NCBI GenBank assembly: GCA_964276515.1
Contig: OZ193910.1
Span: 5,704,001-5,768,000 of the forward strand
DNA: 64,000 nt
DNA from: Gordius albopunctatus
Taxonomy: Eukaryota
Direction: 5' to 3'
A program made the position numbers and the translations under genes. A model generated the notes under the pieces. It had not been told where the DNA came from. It saw nothing but the letters and a program-made list of their open reading frames with translations, and did not search any database. This document shows, piece after piece, positions 11,501-24,546 of the stretch (position 1 is the stretch's first letter; every line of letters begins with the position of its first letter).

Positions 11501-14336
11501 TTCAATCGAGGTTAACATTCTAATGCTTTCTAATTGGGGCCATAGGAATTATGATATTTTAGGATTATAATTAATTTAGGGTGGGGCTGAACTACTTCAA
11601 AGTCACTTTTTCCAACACAAACCCGACCCAAATTTTTTTAATTTCAACCTGAACTCGACACGAATTTTAAAATTTTCAACCCGACACCGGCCCGAAAGCG
11701 TTTAAATTTTTTTGAGAACGTGTCAAATTTTGTTACTTTACGCGAGAGTAAGAAAAATTGAGATGTGTAAAATTTGATCTGCAAATTAAAGTGCAATTAA
11801 TGAAACTAATTGGTACCACAGATTTTGACTACTAAATTTATTTGAATCATTTATTATGTGCTGTATAGATATGATAGCATCTACAATATCGTGCGTGTCG
11901 CAACCTCACCTTTCTCTCCTTTAAAATTCGTTTTTATTAATATACCAATAATAAATCATATTAATTTGAAAACCATTTAATAAATTTAACTTACTTTTAT
12001 GTTCGTTTATGAATTTAAATATATTTTATGTAGTTCTTTACTCTATTTGAATACAATTAAAATATAAAGTATTATAATAGTTATAATAATTTTGAAAAAA
12101 CAAATTATTATATTTATTAATCCCTGTAATAAATTATATTAATATAAAATACATAGTTTCGCAAATGAACCATTTGATAAATTTTAACTTACTTTTATGT
12201 TGTTATCAATATATATTTTTATAGTTTAAATTAATAATAAACTTCCCTTTTACACTATTTAAATGCAAATTAAAAATATTTTATTGAAGTATTTACCATT
12301 CACGAGTCAAATTTAAATTTGCGTGCAATTTAAATAGTCAGCTTTAAATAAGGAAAACAAAATTAATTAAAGGAATAAACTTAATTAGTTATACATTTTG
12401 ATATTGATTCAAAATATTATACACATGAGCATTAATTTAAAAGATATGTCTCCCATATTGCAATGTAAGATTCAGAACCTTCCCGACCCAGTATTTTAAA
12501 AATTTCAAACCGGGCGGGGTCAGGTTTCGGGTCACCCGTTCAGGTCTCTAGGTTGAACTACAAAATATTTACATTATGTCATTAAATTAAAGCTGAGGTT
12601 AATAATTTGTACAAATTTAACATATATTATTTTAAAAATCCAGTTTATCGAACAGTGGCTAGTTAATCCTAAAATTGTTATATAAAAAAACTTAGCGCTA
12701 TATAGCAACTGCCTTATAAAAAGTAATGTCCCTTAGCTACCATTTTCTTGGCTTTAAATGCCGTGCTACCCTCAAAAAAAGCGCACAATGGTAACGCGTT
12801 GCGCATTTTTAATTTTTGACACATACAAAACTCGTACAATCTAAAATTTTTAAGCTATATATTTATAAATCAAACCTAAATTTACATTCTAAGGCTGATT
12901 GATAGACTCCAACGCATAAAAATGGTGTATTGTATTTAAAAAATTTTGCATAAGATATCGAATGATAAAATATCAGATTTTGTAAAATAATTTTTTTAGG
13001 TTAAGCAAGTAACGAAGAGGCATTTCGAGGAACAGTCATGTGTAAAATATTTACTAAAATTCGTATATTTCAAATGATAGCTAAAAACACTACGACGACC
13101 CTTATTTTATAACTGTCAACCATTCAAACAACCTAAAAAGTTATTAATTCACAGCATTTATTCGTATTGTAATTGGCGGCCTTCATTTTTAGTTTATGAC
13201 GTAAAAGATTAAGATTAAAAAACAACATTACAACATATCTAGTTCGAAAAAGTGTCATATCTTGCCATATTGTGGTGGGGTATAATCCGGGCCCTTATCA
13301 AATAATAATTATTAACTGAAAGTTATTCAATAAATGATAAGAGAACATATTTTTTATTCAAAATAAACTGTAGTCTCTGAAGCCAAACATTTAAATTTAC
13401 ATTTTCTTGAAAAAATTAGAATAAATCAGCAAAAATTATTGATACTAAAGAAAATAAATGATCAATAAAAATCACTTTAAAAAAATTATATTGAGTATGA
13501 TGTTAAGAAGGTTCCACCGACATAAATTGTTAGTTCTTGAAACTAGGATTATGTAGCATATGTAAACTTAAAGGTAATTTTTTTAGATAAACGATTATTT
13601 CTTTATGGTCACAAGATCATTGATAAACATGTAATTTTTAAGCTTTATAATTTTTAAATATATAATAAACATCTTAAACAAAGGCCGCTAAATTTTTAAC
13701 AATAACCTGTAATTTACCTGCTAGCGTATGAGTAAAATTATTAAGATTGCCTTTTGGGGTTGAGGACATGGGTTTATAATTCAAGGTACTAAATGAACAA
13801 TAAGGATCTTGGCCTTGGTAACCTAATTTATCTGCCCAATCCACCAAGGAAATTTGTTTGCTTGTCGATGTTATAAGTTTCGAAAATTGATTAGCATGAA
13901 GATATTTATCACTTAAGTTTTTGCTTCCATACACATTATAAATATTGGATGCACCGTGTGATTGTAAATCTATTTTATTGAGTCCGTAACTTTCGCCTTT
14001 ATTTTCATTTAAAGATAAACAGTTAGGTCTCATAGTTGAGGATAAAAGATCAAGGTTTTCATATGAAAAAGGTGGGCTATAATTTAGGTATCGAGATGAA
14101 TTCGGTAATATATTGGGATGTGCAACGGATGTGCAAGTAACGGGAATGGGGAGAGACTGCGGATTAGGGATTTTTACACAGGAATTACTTTGCTCAACAA
14201 CAAATAATTCGTTATTAATGAAACGTTGATTTGAAAATACGGATATTTTAGGCACATAACTAAGGTTTTCATCAAGCTCTCTTTCAGAGACTGGCTCGAA
14301 GTCCAGGCCTGCATTCTCAACCTTAATCCGCTTCAT
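8571..14336 (-). CDS. PRD-class (Q50 paired-like) homeodomain transcription factor, ~729 aa, 5 exons
   Basis: Model complement(join(8571..8872,8913..9776,9879..9969,10049..10362,13718..14336)); all introns GT-AG and phase-consistent. Homeodomain KQRKRTQFTQEQLNNLEDLFQENHYPNSEEKKRLSFRINIEEAKIH/VWFQNRRSRENK has the canonical PRD-class intron between residues 46 and 47. First and last junctions are less certain. Confidence 0.85.
11597..12550. mobile_element. Degenerate hAT-family non-autonomous element (ACCCG-repeat family) in homeobox intron 1
   Basis: Ends CAAAGTCACTTTT...ACCCGACCC and GGGTCACCCGTTCAGGTCTCTA match the ends of the 22286-22949 element and the 23094 terminus. Confidence 0.7.
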
Positions 14337-14755
14337 TGGTGGCCCAGGGTGAATAAGCCATAAGTCTCAGGCCAAATATGCAAATCTTTTCATGACAGCA
14401 AAAATAGTCTATTAATGGGTTTTGTAAATTTAGTTAAATAGCTGTAACTTTATATATAAGCACGATTAAATTCAAAAAGTGTCGTTTTTGAAACATAGGT
14501 GACCACAAGTTGTGTCCTCGAATTCCCCCTCAAGGTCATTGTCAGTGTCACATAATTAGCATAAAGAAAAGTTAGAACTTAAGCGCGAAGCAATCTACAA
14601 TTTCTACACCTCGGTATCTGAAATTCATTTTAGTAGTGACCGGTTTGGTGTCGCATATTAAAAGCATGCCATTTGTATCATACTGTAATTCCTAGCAAAA
14701 CATATATGTAAAAGTGTTTTAAAGTTTAAGTTCACATTTAAAGTTATTTATTCTC

Positions 14756-14879
14756 ATGGGCGTAGCCATGGGGAGCTATGATTTTAATTATGGCTTAAAC
14801 AACCATAAATTATTGGTTTGCCCCTCCTTGAAGCATTATTGCCCCCCCCCCTCTAGTTGCAACCCTAACTACGCCCCTG
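14756..14879. mobile_element. Short G/C-run MITE (CATGGGCGTAGCCA TIR family)
   Basis: Termini CATGGGCGTAG...CTACGCCCCTG. Related copies near 24320-24381, 28452-28592, 36820-36951, 38751-38888, 46780-46894, 52420-52580 and 62710-62790. Confidence 0.7.
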
Positions 14880-17716
14880 TCAATACAATTTTTTAGAGGA
14901 ACACTATTTTTACGATTCATTGGTCTTATAACAAATAAGAATCTTTAGTCCTTTTGTTGAAAAATATTTGACAGTCCCTTAGAATTAAAAAAATTTTTAT
15001 ACTAATAATCATGCTGTGTCATTCCTGATTAATAATTCAATTATATTGCAGTTTCATAAATTAACTTATCACAGTGAATTAACTATTAAGAGACTCGTAA
15101 TTGACTAGAAATATTTTTAAACCAAATTTGTTATATAAATAATCCTATATAGCCCATTATAACGTATTAGTTATAACTTGGTTAAATTTTTAAATTATTA
15201 TTAATTATAATAAAAAACTGTTAAGGGTAAAAGGTAATGAATAGTTGAACTCTAAGCAGTGGCTTAGTTGCCTAAAGGGGGGGGGGGGGGGTAAATTTTG
15301 TTTCAACAAATTTCGATTAAATAAAAATTAATTTAAAATTTTACATTCAATATCTACGATATTAATAATATCTTTAATATTATGTTTGTACTTAGAACAA
15401 GCATTAACAGTTAAATTATTTATATTTAATGACCCAATTTTCTCTGTGATCGTTCTTACAGCGACGCAATTTGCAAAGAGCTCCTTTCAATTTTTCTCAA
15501 TATGTCCATCAGTGCCATTGTTTGAACTGGAGATGAGTACGGGCCTTTTAAGCATAATTGGCCCAGCAGTAAAAACATTTAAAACCCCTGTCTCAACCCA
15601 AGACCGTTAAGTTTTTTTGCAAAGTACGGGCCCAGCCTAGACCCTTTCTGAAAAAAATGGAAACTTCGATAATAAAATCATGAGTCTCAAACGGACTGTT
15701 ATTTCTTCCAACAAGCGATCCGCCGTTTAACTTTCACTAGTAGCACTTGTAGCTGCATAAAACAATTTGTGTCAAATAGAATTGAAAACTCAAAGCATGG
15801 TTATTTTTATTTACAAAGATTAACTAGTTTTGTTTTTCAAATAAGAACTTTTGGGATCCACTTGTAAAAAAATCACAAGTTATATGAATTAATGATGAAA
15901 AATTATTATTGATAAATTCATAATTAAAATTAAATGATTATAAAACTTGATAAACATCATTATTTTTATACAATAAAATTACAAAAAGAAAAACATGTTT
16001 TAAATATTTTTTTGGCTAGAGCTGGGCTTACTTATATTTACGCCTAACTTGAGCTCGTTTCTTCCAAGCCCGGCCCGTAATATTTTTAGCAAAAACGATA
16101 ACATTAACTGGCAAAAATTTCATAAACTTAATTTTGGCGATGGTAACTACATTTGCTTTAAAAAATTGTGTGTGCCTATGTCATGAGTAGACTTTAAAAA
16201 TCAATTAACTAAATCACGTTGAATAACAATTCTTAGTTGACTTTTATCGTCAATCTTTATTGTTAATATAGCGCCCTCAATCTCTCAGTAAAAGTAATTC
16301 TATGAAGGAAGCACGAATGAAGAACGCAAGACGTTTTTTTTGTAAAAAATCATTTATTTGACGTATTAATAACCCTAAAAAATATATTAAATGGTATAGA
16401 AAAAATTACATAGACGACTAAAAAAATATAAAGGATGGCATTGATCCGTGTATGGATATCGTGTCGGATTTAACGATTTCCATTGTATTATTTGTATTTA
16501 TTTACTATGCTTTTCTCTGGTGGTATTAACACTCGCAGTTCTAAAAACAAGGAATCTAAAGTAAATTTATATAAGCATGTTAAACGCTTAGAAAGGTATG
16601 AATTTATTAATTACCTTGATTTACATTTGGCCTGTGTAAGCGTCTTCCACTACTATTTTAGAAATGGAGATAATTTTTAAGATATAATTAAGAAGTAAAT
16701 TTCTTTTCATTTTAATACACGCATTAGTATATTTTAATCTAAAATTAAATCTCAAATTAATTAAGGTAATTAATTGTTTCCATCAGCACTACACTAAAAT
16801 GCGTCCCATTAATATCATTGAGTTTTTCCATGTAATTCCGAAAAAATTTAAAAATTTTGTCAGGGGCCCCCTTCCCTTGTTTACGACTTTAGATTGATAA
16901 ATGTTATATTATAATTTTCGCCCCAACGATAATAGTCATACTGCAAATATAATCCGCATAGTCTTACAAATGAAATTTTATAATTAATACGTATTTTTAT
17001 AATTTATTACTTACACTCTAAAAAGGCCAACAAATTTTTTCAACCCGAACCCGACCCGACCCGAAAGTAAAAAAAGTTAATATTGTAAAATTAATTTTAA
17101 TAGATTTAAATGGCAAAAAATTATTATCTCCCAAAAATGGACAAAACGTTATATGTCTATCATTTCCGGGTCACATGCTAAAAAATATAATATATATAAA
17201 TAAACTCGGGCCTTCGGCCCTCGTGGGAAGGGGGGAAGGGAAGGGGGGACGACTCATCTATACTCCGTATAAACGTAGCATATTTGCTATGCAATTTATG
17301 GGCGTTATATGCAAAATGTTTATACAAATTTTCCATCTAATTAAAAAATATGGGCGAGAAAGGTGGGAAGGGGCGAAAATGCCTATAGAGGGGTATTAAA
17401 TGCAAAATGATTAGTTAATTATTTATACAAATTTTCCATTTAATTAAAAAAAATGGCCCTCGCCGGGATTCGAACCCACATTAAATAGAGGCATAAGCCT
17501 TTGTAGGGGGGCACAGGGACCCATATCAGTAGAAGCATAGGCACTTCTAGGGGAGAGCATAGGGCAATTTATCCATGTTAACCTATTAAAATACGAAAAA
17601 TTTCGATTTATTTGGCCAATGATCATTTTTTTAATTGGTCAGTAGCCAACGGAAGGTCAAAAAGTCATATTATACATGGTATTAACAAGAACATAATATT
17701 AATTTAATTAAAAAAA

Positions 17717-20086
17717 CTCGGGCCTTCGGCCCTCGTGGGAAGGGGGAAGGGGAGGAGGGGAAGGAAGGGGGAACTCATCTACACTCCGTATAAATGTATC
17801 ATATTTGCTATGCAATTTATGGAAATACTTACGTGAATATTGCAAAACGAAGGTTGGAAGCACTAAATAAGTGTATATGCCAAATATCATAAAGGGGGAG
17901 AGAGGGAGCGAAGGGGAAGCTTTATGGTTAGTTAAATTCTACGGGAGTTGTATTACCAAAAAGTCATAATAGCAATGGTAGGAACAGGAATAATCATAAT
18001 AGTCAAAAAAAACGAAAAAAAAATTTTCGAATCACATTTTGGCCAAAGGTCATTTTTTCCATTGGTCAGCAGCCAGGACACGGTAAAAGTGGATATAAAT
18101 TCATAATAGTCAAAAAAAACGAAAAAAAAGTTTTCGAATCACATTTTGGCCAATGGTTATTTTATTCCATTGGTCAGCAGCCAGCGGACGGCCAAAAAGT
18201 CATAATAGCAATGGTAGGAACAGGAACAATCATAATAGTCAAAAAAAACGGAAAAAATAATTTCGATTCACATTTTGGCCAATGGTCATTTTTTTCCATT
18301 GGTCAGCAGCCAGGACACGGTAAAAGTGGATATAAATTTATAACAGTCAAAAAAAACGAAAAAAAATTTTCGAATCACATTTTGGCCAATGGTCATTTTA
18401 TTCCATTGGTCAGCAGCCAGCGGACGGCCAAAAAGTCATAATAGCAATGGTAGGAACAGGAACAATCATAATATTCAAAAAAAACGAAAAAATAAACTCG
18501 GATACACATTTTGGCCAATGGTCATTTTTTTCCATTGGTCAGCAGCCAGGACACGGTAAAAGTGGATATAAATTCATAACAGTAAAAAAAAACGAAAAAA
18601 AAGTTTTCGAATCACATTTTGGCCAATGGTCATTTTATTCCATTGGTCAGCAGCCAGCGGACGGCCAAAAAGTCATAATAGCAATGGTAGGAACAGGAAC
18701 AATCATAATAGTCAAAAAAAACGGAAAAAATAATTTCGATTCACATTTTGGCCAATGGTCATTTTTTTCCATTGGTCAGCAGCCAGGACACGGTAAAAGT
18801 GGATATAAATTCATAACAGTCAAAAAAAACGAAAAAAAAATTTTCGAATCATATTTTGGCCAATGGTCATTTTTTCCATCGGTCAGGAGCCAGCGGACGG
18901 CCAAAAAGTCATAATAGCAATGGTAGGAACAGGAACAATCATAATAGTCAAAAAAAACGAAAAATAAACTCGGATACACATTTTGGCCAATGGTCATTTT
19001 TTTCATTGATCAGCAGCCAGCGGACGGCCAAAAAGTCTTATTATCATTGATAGTAACAAGAACAATCATAAGAGTCAAAAAAACTCCGGGATTCTAACCC
19101 AAAAACTAGATAAATTGCATAGCAATTATTAAAAAGTATAGGGTAATTATCAATGTTAACCTATTCAAAAACGAACAAAAAATTTTGATTTATTTGGCCA
19201 ATGGTAATTTTTTTCAATTATCAATGTTAACTTATTCAAAAAGGAAAAACGAAAAATTAGGATTTATTTGGCCAATGTTCATTTTTTCATTGGTCAGTAG
19301 CCAGCGGACGGTCAAAAAGTCATATTATCAATGGTATTAACAAGAACAAAATATTAAATTAATTAAAAAAATAAAAATTTTGCCCTCTCCGGGATTCGAA
19401 CCCACATTAAATAGAGGCATAAGCCTTTGGAGGGGAACAGGGAACCATATAAATAGAGCCATAGGCCCTTGTAGGGGAGGGCATAGGGTAATTATCAATG
19501 TTAAACTATTCAAAAACGAAAAATTAAAAATTTCGATTTATCTGGTAAGTGGTCATTTTTTCATTGGTCAGTAGCCTGCGGACGGTCAAAAATTCATATT
19601 ATCAATGGTATTAACAAGAACAATATATTAATTTAATTTAAAAAAAATTAAAATTTTTGTCCTCTCCGGGTCTCGAACCATCAATTTAGAACGTTCGCCG
19701 GGATTCAAACCCACATTAAATAGAGGCATAAGCCTTTGGAGGGGAACAGGGAACCATATAAATAGAGCCATAGGCCCTTGTAGGGGACGGCATAGGGTAA
19801 TTATCAATGTTAAACTATTCAAAAACGAAAAATTAAAAATTTCGATTATCTGGCCAGTGGTCATTTTTTCATTGGTCAGTAGCCTGCGGACGGTCAAAAA
19901 GTCATATTATCAATGGTATTAACAAGAAAAAAATATTAATTTAATTAAAAAAAAAAAAAAAATTTTGTCCTCTCCGGGTCTCGAACCCGCAACCTCCAGG
20001 TCGGGAAGCTGGTGTAAATAACTTGGTAGACGGACGGACGGACGGACGGACAACCAAAAACGAGCCCATAAATTGCATAGCAATTA
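17717..20086 (-). mobile_element. HINE-like element, inner copy nested in an A/T-run of the outer copy
   Basis: Same hairpin start and subTIR at 17805. (GGAC)n microsatellite at ~20029-20051. Terminal GCCCATAAATTGCATAGCAATT at 20064-20085. The outer repeat unit resumes right after. Confidence 0.75.
17956..19080. repeat. Tandem satellite array, ~236-bp unit (dimer of ~127 and ~109 bp subunits), ~4.5 copies
   Basis: Unit start CCAAAAAGTCATAATAGCAATGG at 17956, 18192, 18428, 18665 and 18901; partial variant at 19028. Confidence 0.95.
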
Positions 20087-22285
20087 AAAGTGTTTATGGC
20101 CTTTCCGGGTTTCGATCAAGAACCTCCACGTCAGTAAGCCGTTGCTACAACCACTCTTACCATGCTGGCATTAAAATAAAGGAAGTTTTTGTTACTTATA
20201 TAGATAATGAAATAATAAAGATGTGTTTTATTTATGTTTATTATATAATAAAATGAAACAATAATAGAAAATCAATATATTATAGATAATTCAACAAATA
20301 TCAACAAGAACAAAATATTAATTTAATTTAAAAATAGGCACTTGTAGGAGAGGGCATAGGGTAATTATCAACGTTAACCTATTAAAAAACGAAAATAATG
20401 ATTTTGGGAGGAGCATTTTGAAATTTTAGCCTTTACTTAAGCAAGATGGCCAATGTTAATTTTTTTTATTGGTCAGTACCAAAAGACGGTCTATAAATAC
20501 ATGCGAGTCAAAAAAACAAAAACAAAAAATTCGAATCACAATTTGGCTAATGGTCATTTTTTTCCATTGATCCGTAACAAGAGACTGTCTATAAATACAT
20601 ACGAGTCAAAAAAAACGAAAAAAAATTTTAAATCACAATTTGGCCAATGGTCATTTTTTCCATTGGTCAGTACCAAGAGATACTCTATAAGTCAATGTTA
20701 GCCAAAAAAACGGAAAAAAATTTTTTGATGCTCATTTTGGCCAATGGTCATTTTTTAATTGGTCAGTAGACAGCGGACGGCCAATAAGTCATATTATCAA
20801 TGGTATTAACAGGAACAATCATAAGAGTCAAAAAAACCGGAAAAAAAATTCGATTCACACTTTGGCCAATGGTCATTTTTTCTAGTGGTCAGTAGCCAGC
20901 CGACGGCCAAAAAGTCACATTATCAATGGTATGAACAATAACTATATATTAATTTTTAAAAAAAATATAAAAAATTTTTATAAATTTTTTGGCCTCTCCG
21001 GGATTCGAACCACAGATCTGGATAGGCATAATGTAGGATGTAGGGGGGGGGCACAGGGACCCATATCAGTAGAGGCATAGGCTCTGTTAGGGGAGGGCAT
21101 AGGGTAATTGTCAATGTTAGCCAAAAAAAACGAAGAAAAAAATTCGATTCACTCTTTGGCCAATGGTCATTTTTTCCATTGGTCAGCAGCCGGCGGACGG
21201 CCAAAAAGTCATATTATCAATGGTACGAACAATTAATTAAAAAAAATTTTTTTTTTAATTTAAAAAATTTTTTGGCCTCTCCGGGATTCGAACCCACATC
21301 AGTAGAAGAGAGGCATACTCCTTTGTAGGAGGGCGGGGCACAGGGACCCATATCAGGAGAGGCATAGGCACTTCTAGGGGAGGGCGTCTATAAATCAATG
21401 TTAGTCAAAAATAAACGAAAAAAAAATTTTTTCTTCACATTTGGCCAATGGTCATTTTTTGCCATTGGTCACTAGCCAGCGGACGGGCAAAAGCTATATT
21501 ATCAATGCTACCAACAATAACTATATATTAATTTAAAGAAAAAAATATAAAAAAATTTCATTTTGGCCAATGGTCATTTTTTCCATTGGTCAGTAGCCAG
21601 CGGACAGTCAATAAGCCATATTATCAATGGTAGTAACAAGAAAAATATATTAATTTAAAAAAAAATAAAATTTGGCAGATTCGAACCCACAAACTAGTTA
21701 AACTATAATCCGAACAAAAAATAAACAACGTGACAACACGAACAGCGTGACATAAACAAATGGAAAGTGAGCCCATAAATTGCAAACCCGCAATTTTTTC
21801 AGATATAAAATGCTTATATTCTTAAATGAGTTTGTCTGTATTATCAGGCAATTTTGATTTTAAGGCAAATAACGGTTGTGGCAATATTGTACGAAAATTA
21901 AAGGAGAAAATTTGATTATTATTTCAAAAATTCTTATTTTTCAAATCATGTTTGTAAAATATGATAAATTAATTTTATTCTAGTGTATAAGTTAGGCGTT
22001 TTTAAAAAAATATAAAATGGGAATCAAGAAAATCATAAGTTTTATGATATCAATTACATGTTCATTATAATTTAGCATCCATCAAGATATTTTACTTTTC
22101 TGAGTTTAAAAATGGGCAATTCCAAAATTCAGATATAACATAAAAGAAATAAATTTTAATGAATGTATGAGATAAATTAATCGACCATTTCGGTATTAAT
22201 TAAAAAATATTATATGAAATAGCATTAATTTAAAAGATATGTCTATTATTCAATATAAAATTTAACGTTCAACCCGACCCGGACC

Positions 22286-22949
22286 TAGAGCCCTGCACGG
22301 GTGACCCGAAAGTCGGGTCGGGTGGGGTTCGGGTTAAAAATTTTAAAATACCTTAGGGTCGGGTCGGGTTGAAAATTTTAAAACGCTTTCGGGTCGGGTC
22401 GGGTCGGGTTGAAGGTTATAAATCTTACATTGCATAACAAACATATCTTTCACGTGGATTTTTCCGGTTGGGAGGAATGTGCAGATGAAAATGTTCATGA
22501 AAAAGATGAACTTGAGGAATATATTCATTATAAACTTGCAAAAAAGGATGAAATATACGACACATTCGAATGGTGGAGAATATATTCTTATAAATATACT
22601 GCTTTAGGGTTATTGGCTCGTAAATTTCTGGCCATACCTGCCTCCTCTGCGTCCAGTGAGAGATCTTTTTCTACAGCTGGACGAATTTTAGAAGATAAGA
22701 GGTCGAATTTACGGCCGGAAATTGTAGACGCTATTATATTTATACATAATTATAATAATTCTCTCAAATAAATTTATTATTCAAATTCGTGGCGTCAAAT
22801 TGTTTCTGAAAGCTGCCAATTTATTTTGTCAAATCAATTTAAAATATTTAAAACGCTTTCGTGTCTGGTCGGGTTCGGGTTGAAAATTTTAAAACGCTTT
22901 CGGGTCGGGTCGGGTTCGGGTTGAAAAAAAGTGACTTTGCAGGGCTCTA
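22286..22949 (+). mobile_element. Internally deleted hAT transposon retaining the C-terminal dimerisation domain
   Basis: TIR TAGAGCCCTGCA/TGCAGGGCTCTA and perfect 8-bp TSD CCCGGACC (22278-22285, 22950-22957). ORF 22409-22771 contains EWWR...LARKFLAIPASSASSERSFS...RSNL. Confidence 0.93.
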
Positions 22950-22957
22950 CCCGGACC

Positions 22958-23094
22958 CGACCCGAGTTTAAAATTTTTCAACCCAAACCCGACCTGAAAT
23001 TTTTTTAAAATTTTCAACCCGAACCCGACCCGAAAGCATTTAAAAATTTTAAACCGGTTCGGGTCGGGTTTTGGGTCACCCGTGCAGGGCTCTA
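22958..23094. mobile_element. Terminus of the host hAT element (same family, opposite orientation)
   Basis: ACCCG subterminal repeats ending GGGTCACCCGTGCAGGGCTCTA. The body extends left of 22278; its other end may be the degenerate ACCCG block near 17040. Confidence 0.75.
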
Positions 23095-23234
23095 CGTAAG
23101 GGTAACATTAATTTATACTTTCTAGGCTCCCCAGAAAGAATACTGATATATTCAATAAATGGATATATATTATGCGCCCAGAGTTTCATCTAGCAACCAT
23201 TTTGAAAATCAGGATTTTAAACATATATTCTTGT

Positions 23235-24546
23235 TAGAGACCTACAACGGGCCTTAAAATAGCCAGGGCCCGACTCGGGCCCTTCAAAATATTAAATCTT
23301 AGGGCCCGTGCGCAGCCAGTAAATTTTATACAAAGTCCACGGCCCGGGGACGTATAAAAAAATTATTTTGTTTATTTTTATGTAAATTGTAATTTTTGAC
23401 CTAAATGTTTAAACAAAATTCATACGCGTTACAAATGTTAATAATAATCATGTAAAAATAATAAATTATCGATTATTTCCGGTCAGATGAGTTAGTTCTT
23501 CTTTCTTTTAAGAGGCGACCTACAAGTGCGAAAAAATACTTTAAGTAATGGCGCTTGTAAGTACGGTTACGTGGCACAATCCCCAAAACGTAAAAATCCC
23601 GAATTTTGATGCTACATTGGGCGCTAAAATTAACATGTCATTTAAACATTATGGAAAATTGTTCAACACATAATCAAGTTTTTACAGAATTAATAAATAT
23701 TTAGCATCTAATGAAAATTCCACTATCACAAATAATTGGTGATATTGCCAACGCTTGTTCAGTTGAAGATAAATATATATAATTTAGTTTATTGATAATT
23801 CTATATTTTTATTTTATGCGTCAAATTATTCATTAAAAACTTCAAAAAATATGTTTTGTCATGATCATTATTAGATTTTTCTAATCATTAAAATTCCGAG
23901 CAGGGCCTTAAAAATTCGGGCCTAGGCTAGAGTCTTAATTGTTTTTTATTTATATAGATGAGATTAAAGTTATATCATAATAAATCCAACATTCTAGAAT
24001 ATTCAGCCAAAAACTTTTTACAGCCTATTTTCCCCGTATTCCTTCACCAACTTTTTGTGAACACTCATTAAACTAAATCATTTACATCATCATACAACTC
24101 ATATAATTTAACTTTTAAATTAAACAATATTTGTCTAAAAACATAATTTACATGATTTGCGAAAAAATCTAATGTCATAAATTCAAATTTGGTGGTAATG
24201 TATGGGTGATTATACAAAGGCAAAATATACTGATGTTCATTTTCAATAATAAATATTCAAATTATCATGTAAATTTGCATATTTGTTTCTATATTAATCA
24301 ATGTTAAGTTAATATAGGGGGGGGGGGCACATGACAAAAATTTTCAATTCCCCTGCACCCCCCCCCCTCGGCTATGCCCATGGACAATGTTAAATTTGCC
24401 CTAAAAATCGTTAGTAATGTGAATGTTTTAATATTTGACCTGTATATTTCTTAAGTTTATTCATGCGCTTACCCCCCCCCCGGCCCGAATTAGTTAAGCT
24501 GAGGTCAAGCCCGGCCCGCGGCTGGGTAGGGCCGTGCAAGTCCTTA
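23235..24546. mobile_element. Degenerate hAT-like MITE with GGCCC-rich ends
   Basis: Imperfect inverted termini TAGAGACCTACAACGGGCC and GGGCCGTGCAAGTCCTTA. No clear TSD. Confidence 0.5.

Larger units (their letters stand above)
17205..21785 (-). mobile_element. Helentron-associated non-autonomous element (DINE-1/HINE-like), outer copy
   Basis: Hairpin GGGCC-TTC-GGCCC next to an A-run at one end. Subterminal IR TTGCTATGCAATTTATGGGC (17284-17303) is inverted relative to terminal GCCCATAAATTGCA (21771-21784). Internal tandem repeats. No TSD. Confidence 0.7.

Noticed and set aside
16300..16480. Possible CRESS-virus Rep motif I (..INNP)
   Set aside because: Interrupted by stops, and motifs II/III and Walker A were not found.
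17956..19080. CRISPR-like regular repeats, and ORFs 18211-19050
   Set aside because: The intervening sequences are themselves repeated rather than unique spacers, there are no cas genes, and the context is eukaryotic. The ORFs are translations of satellite DNA.
17455..21300. Functional tRNA genes suggested by GGTTCGAATCCC motifs
   Set aside because: No complete cloverleaf or paired acceptor stem, and the motifs are parts of repeat units.
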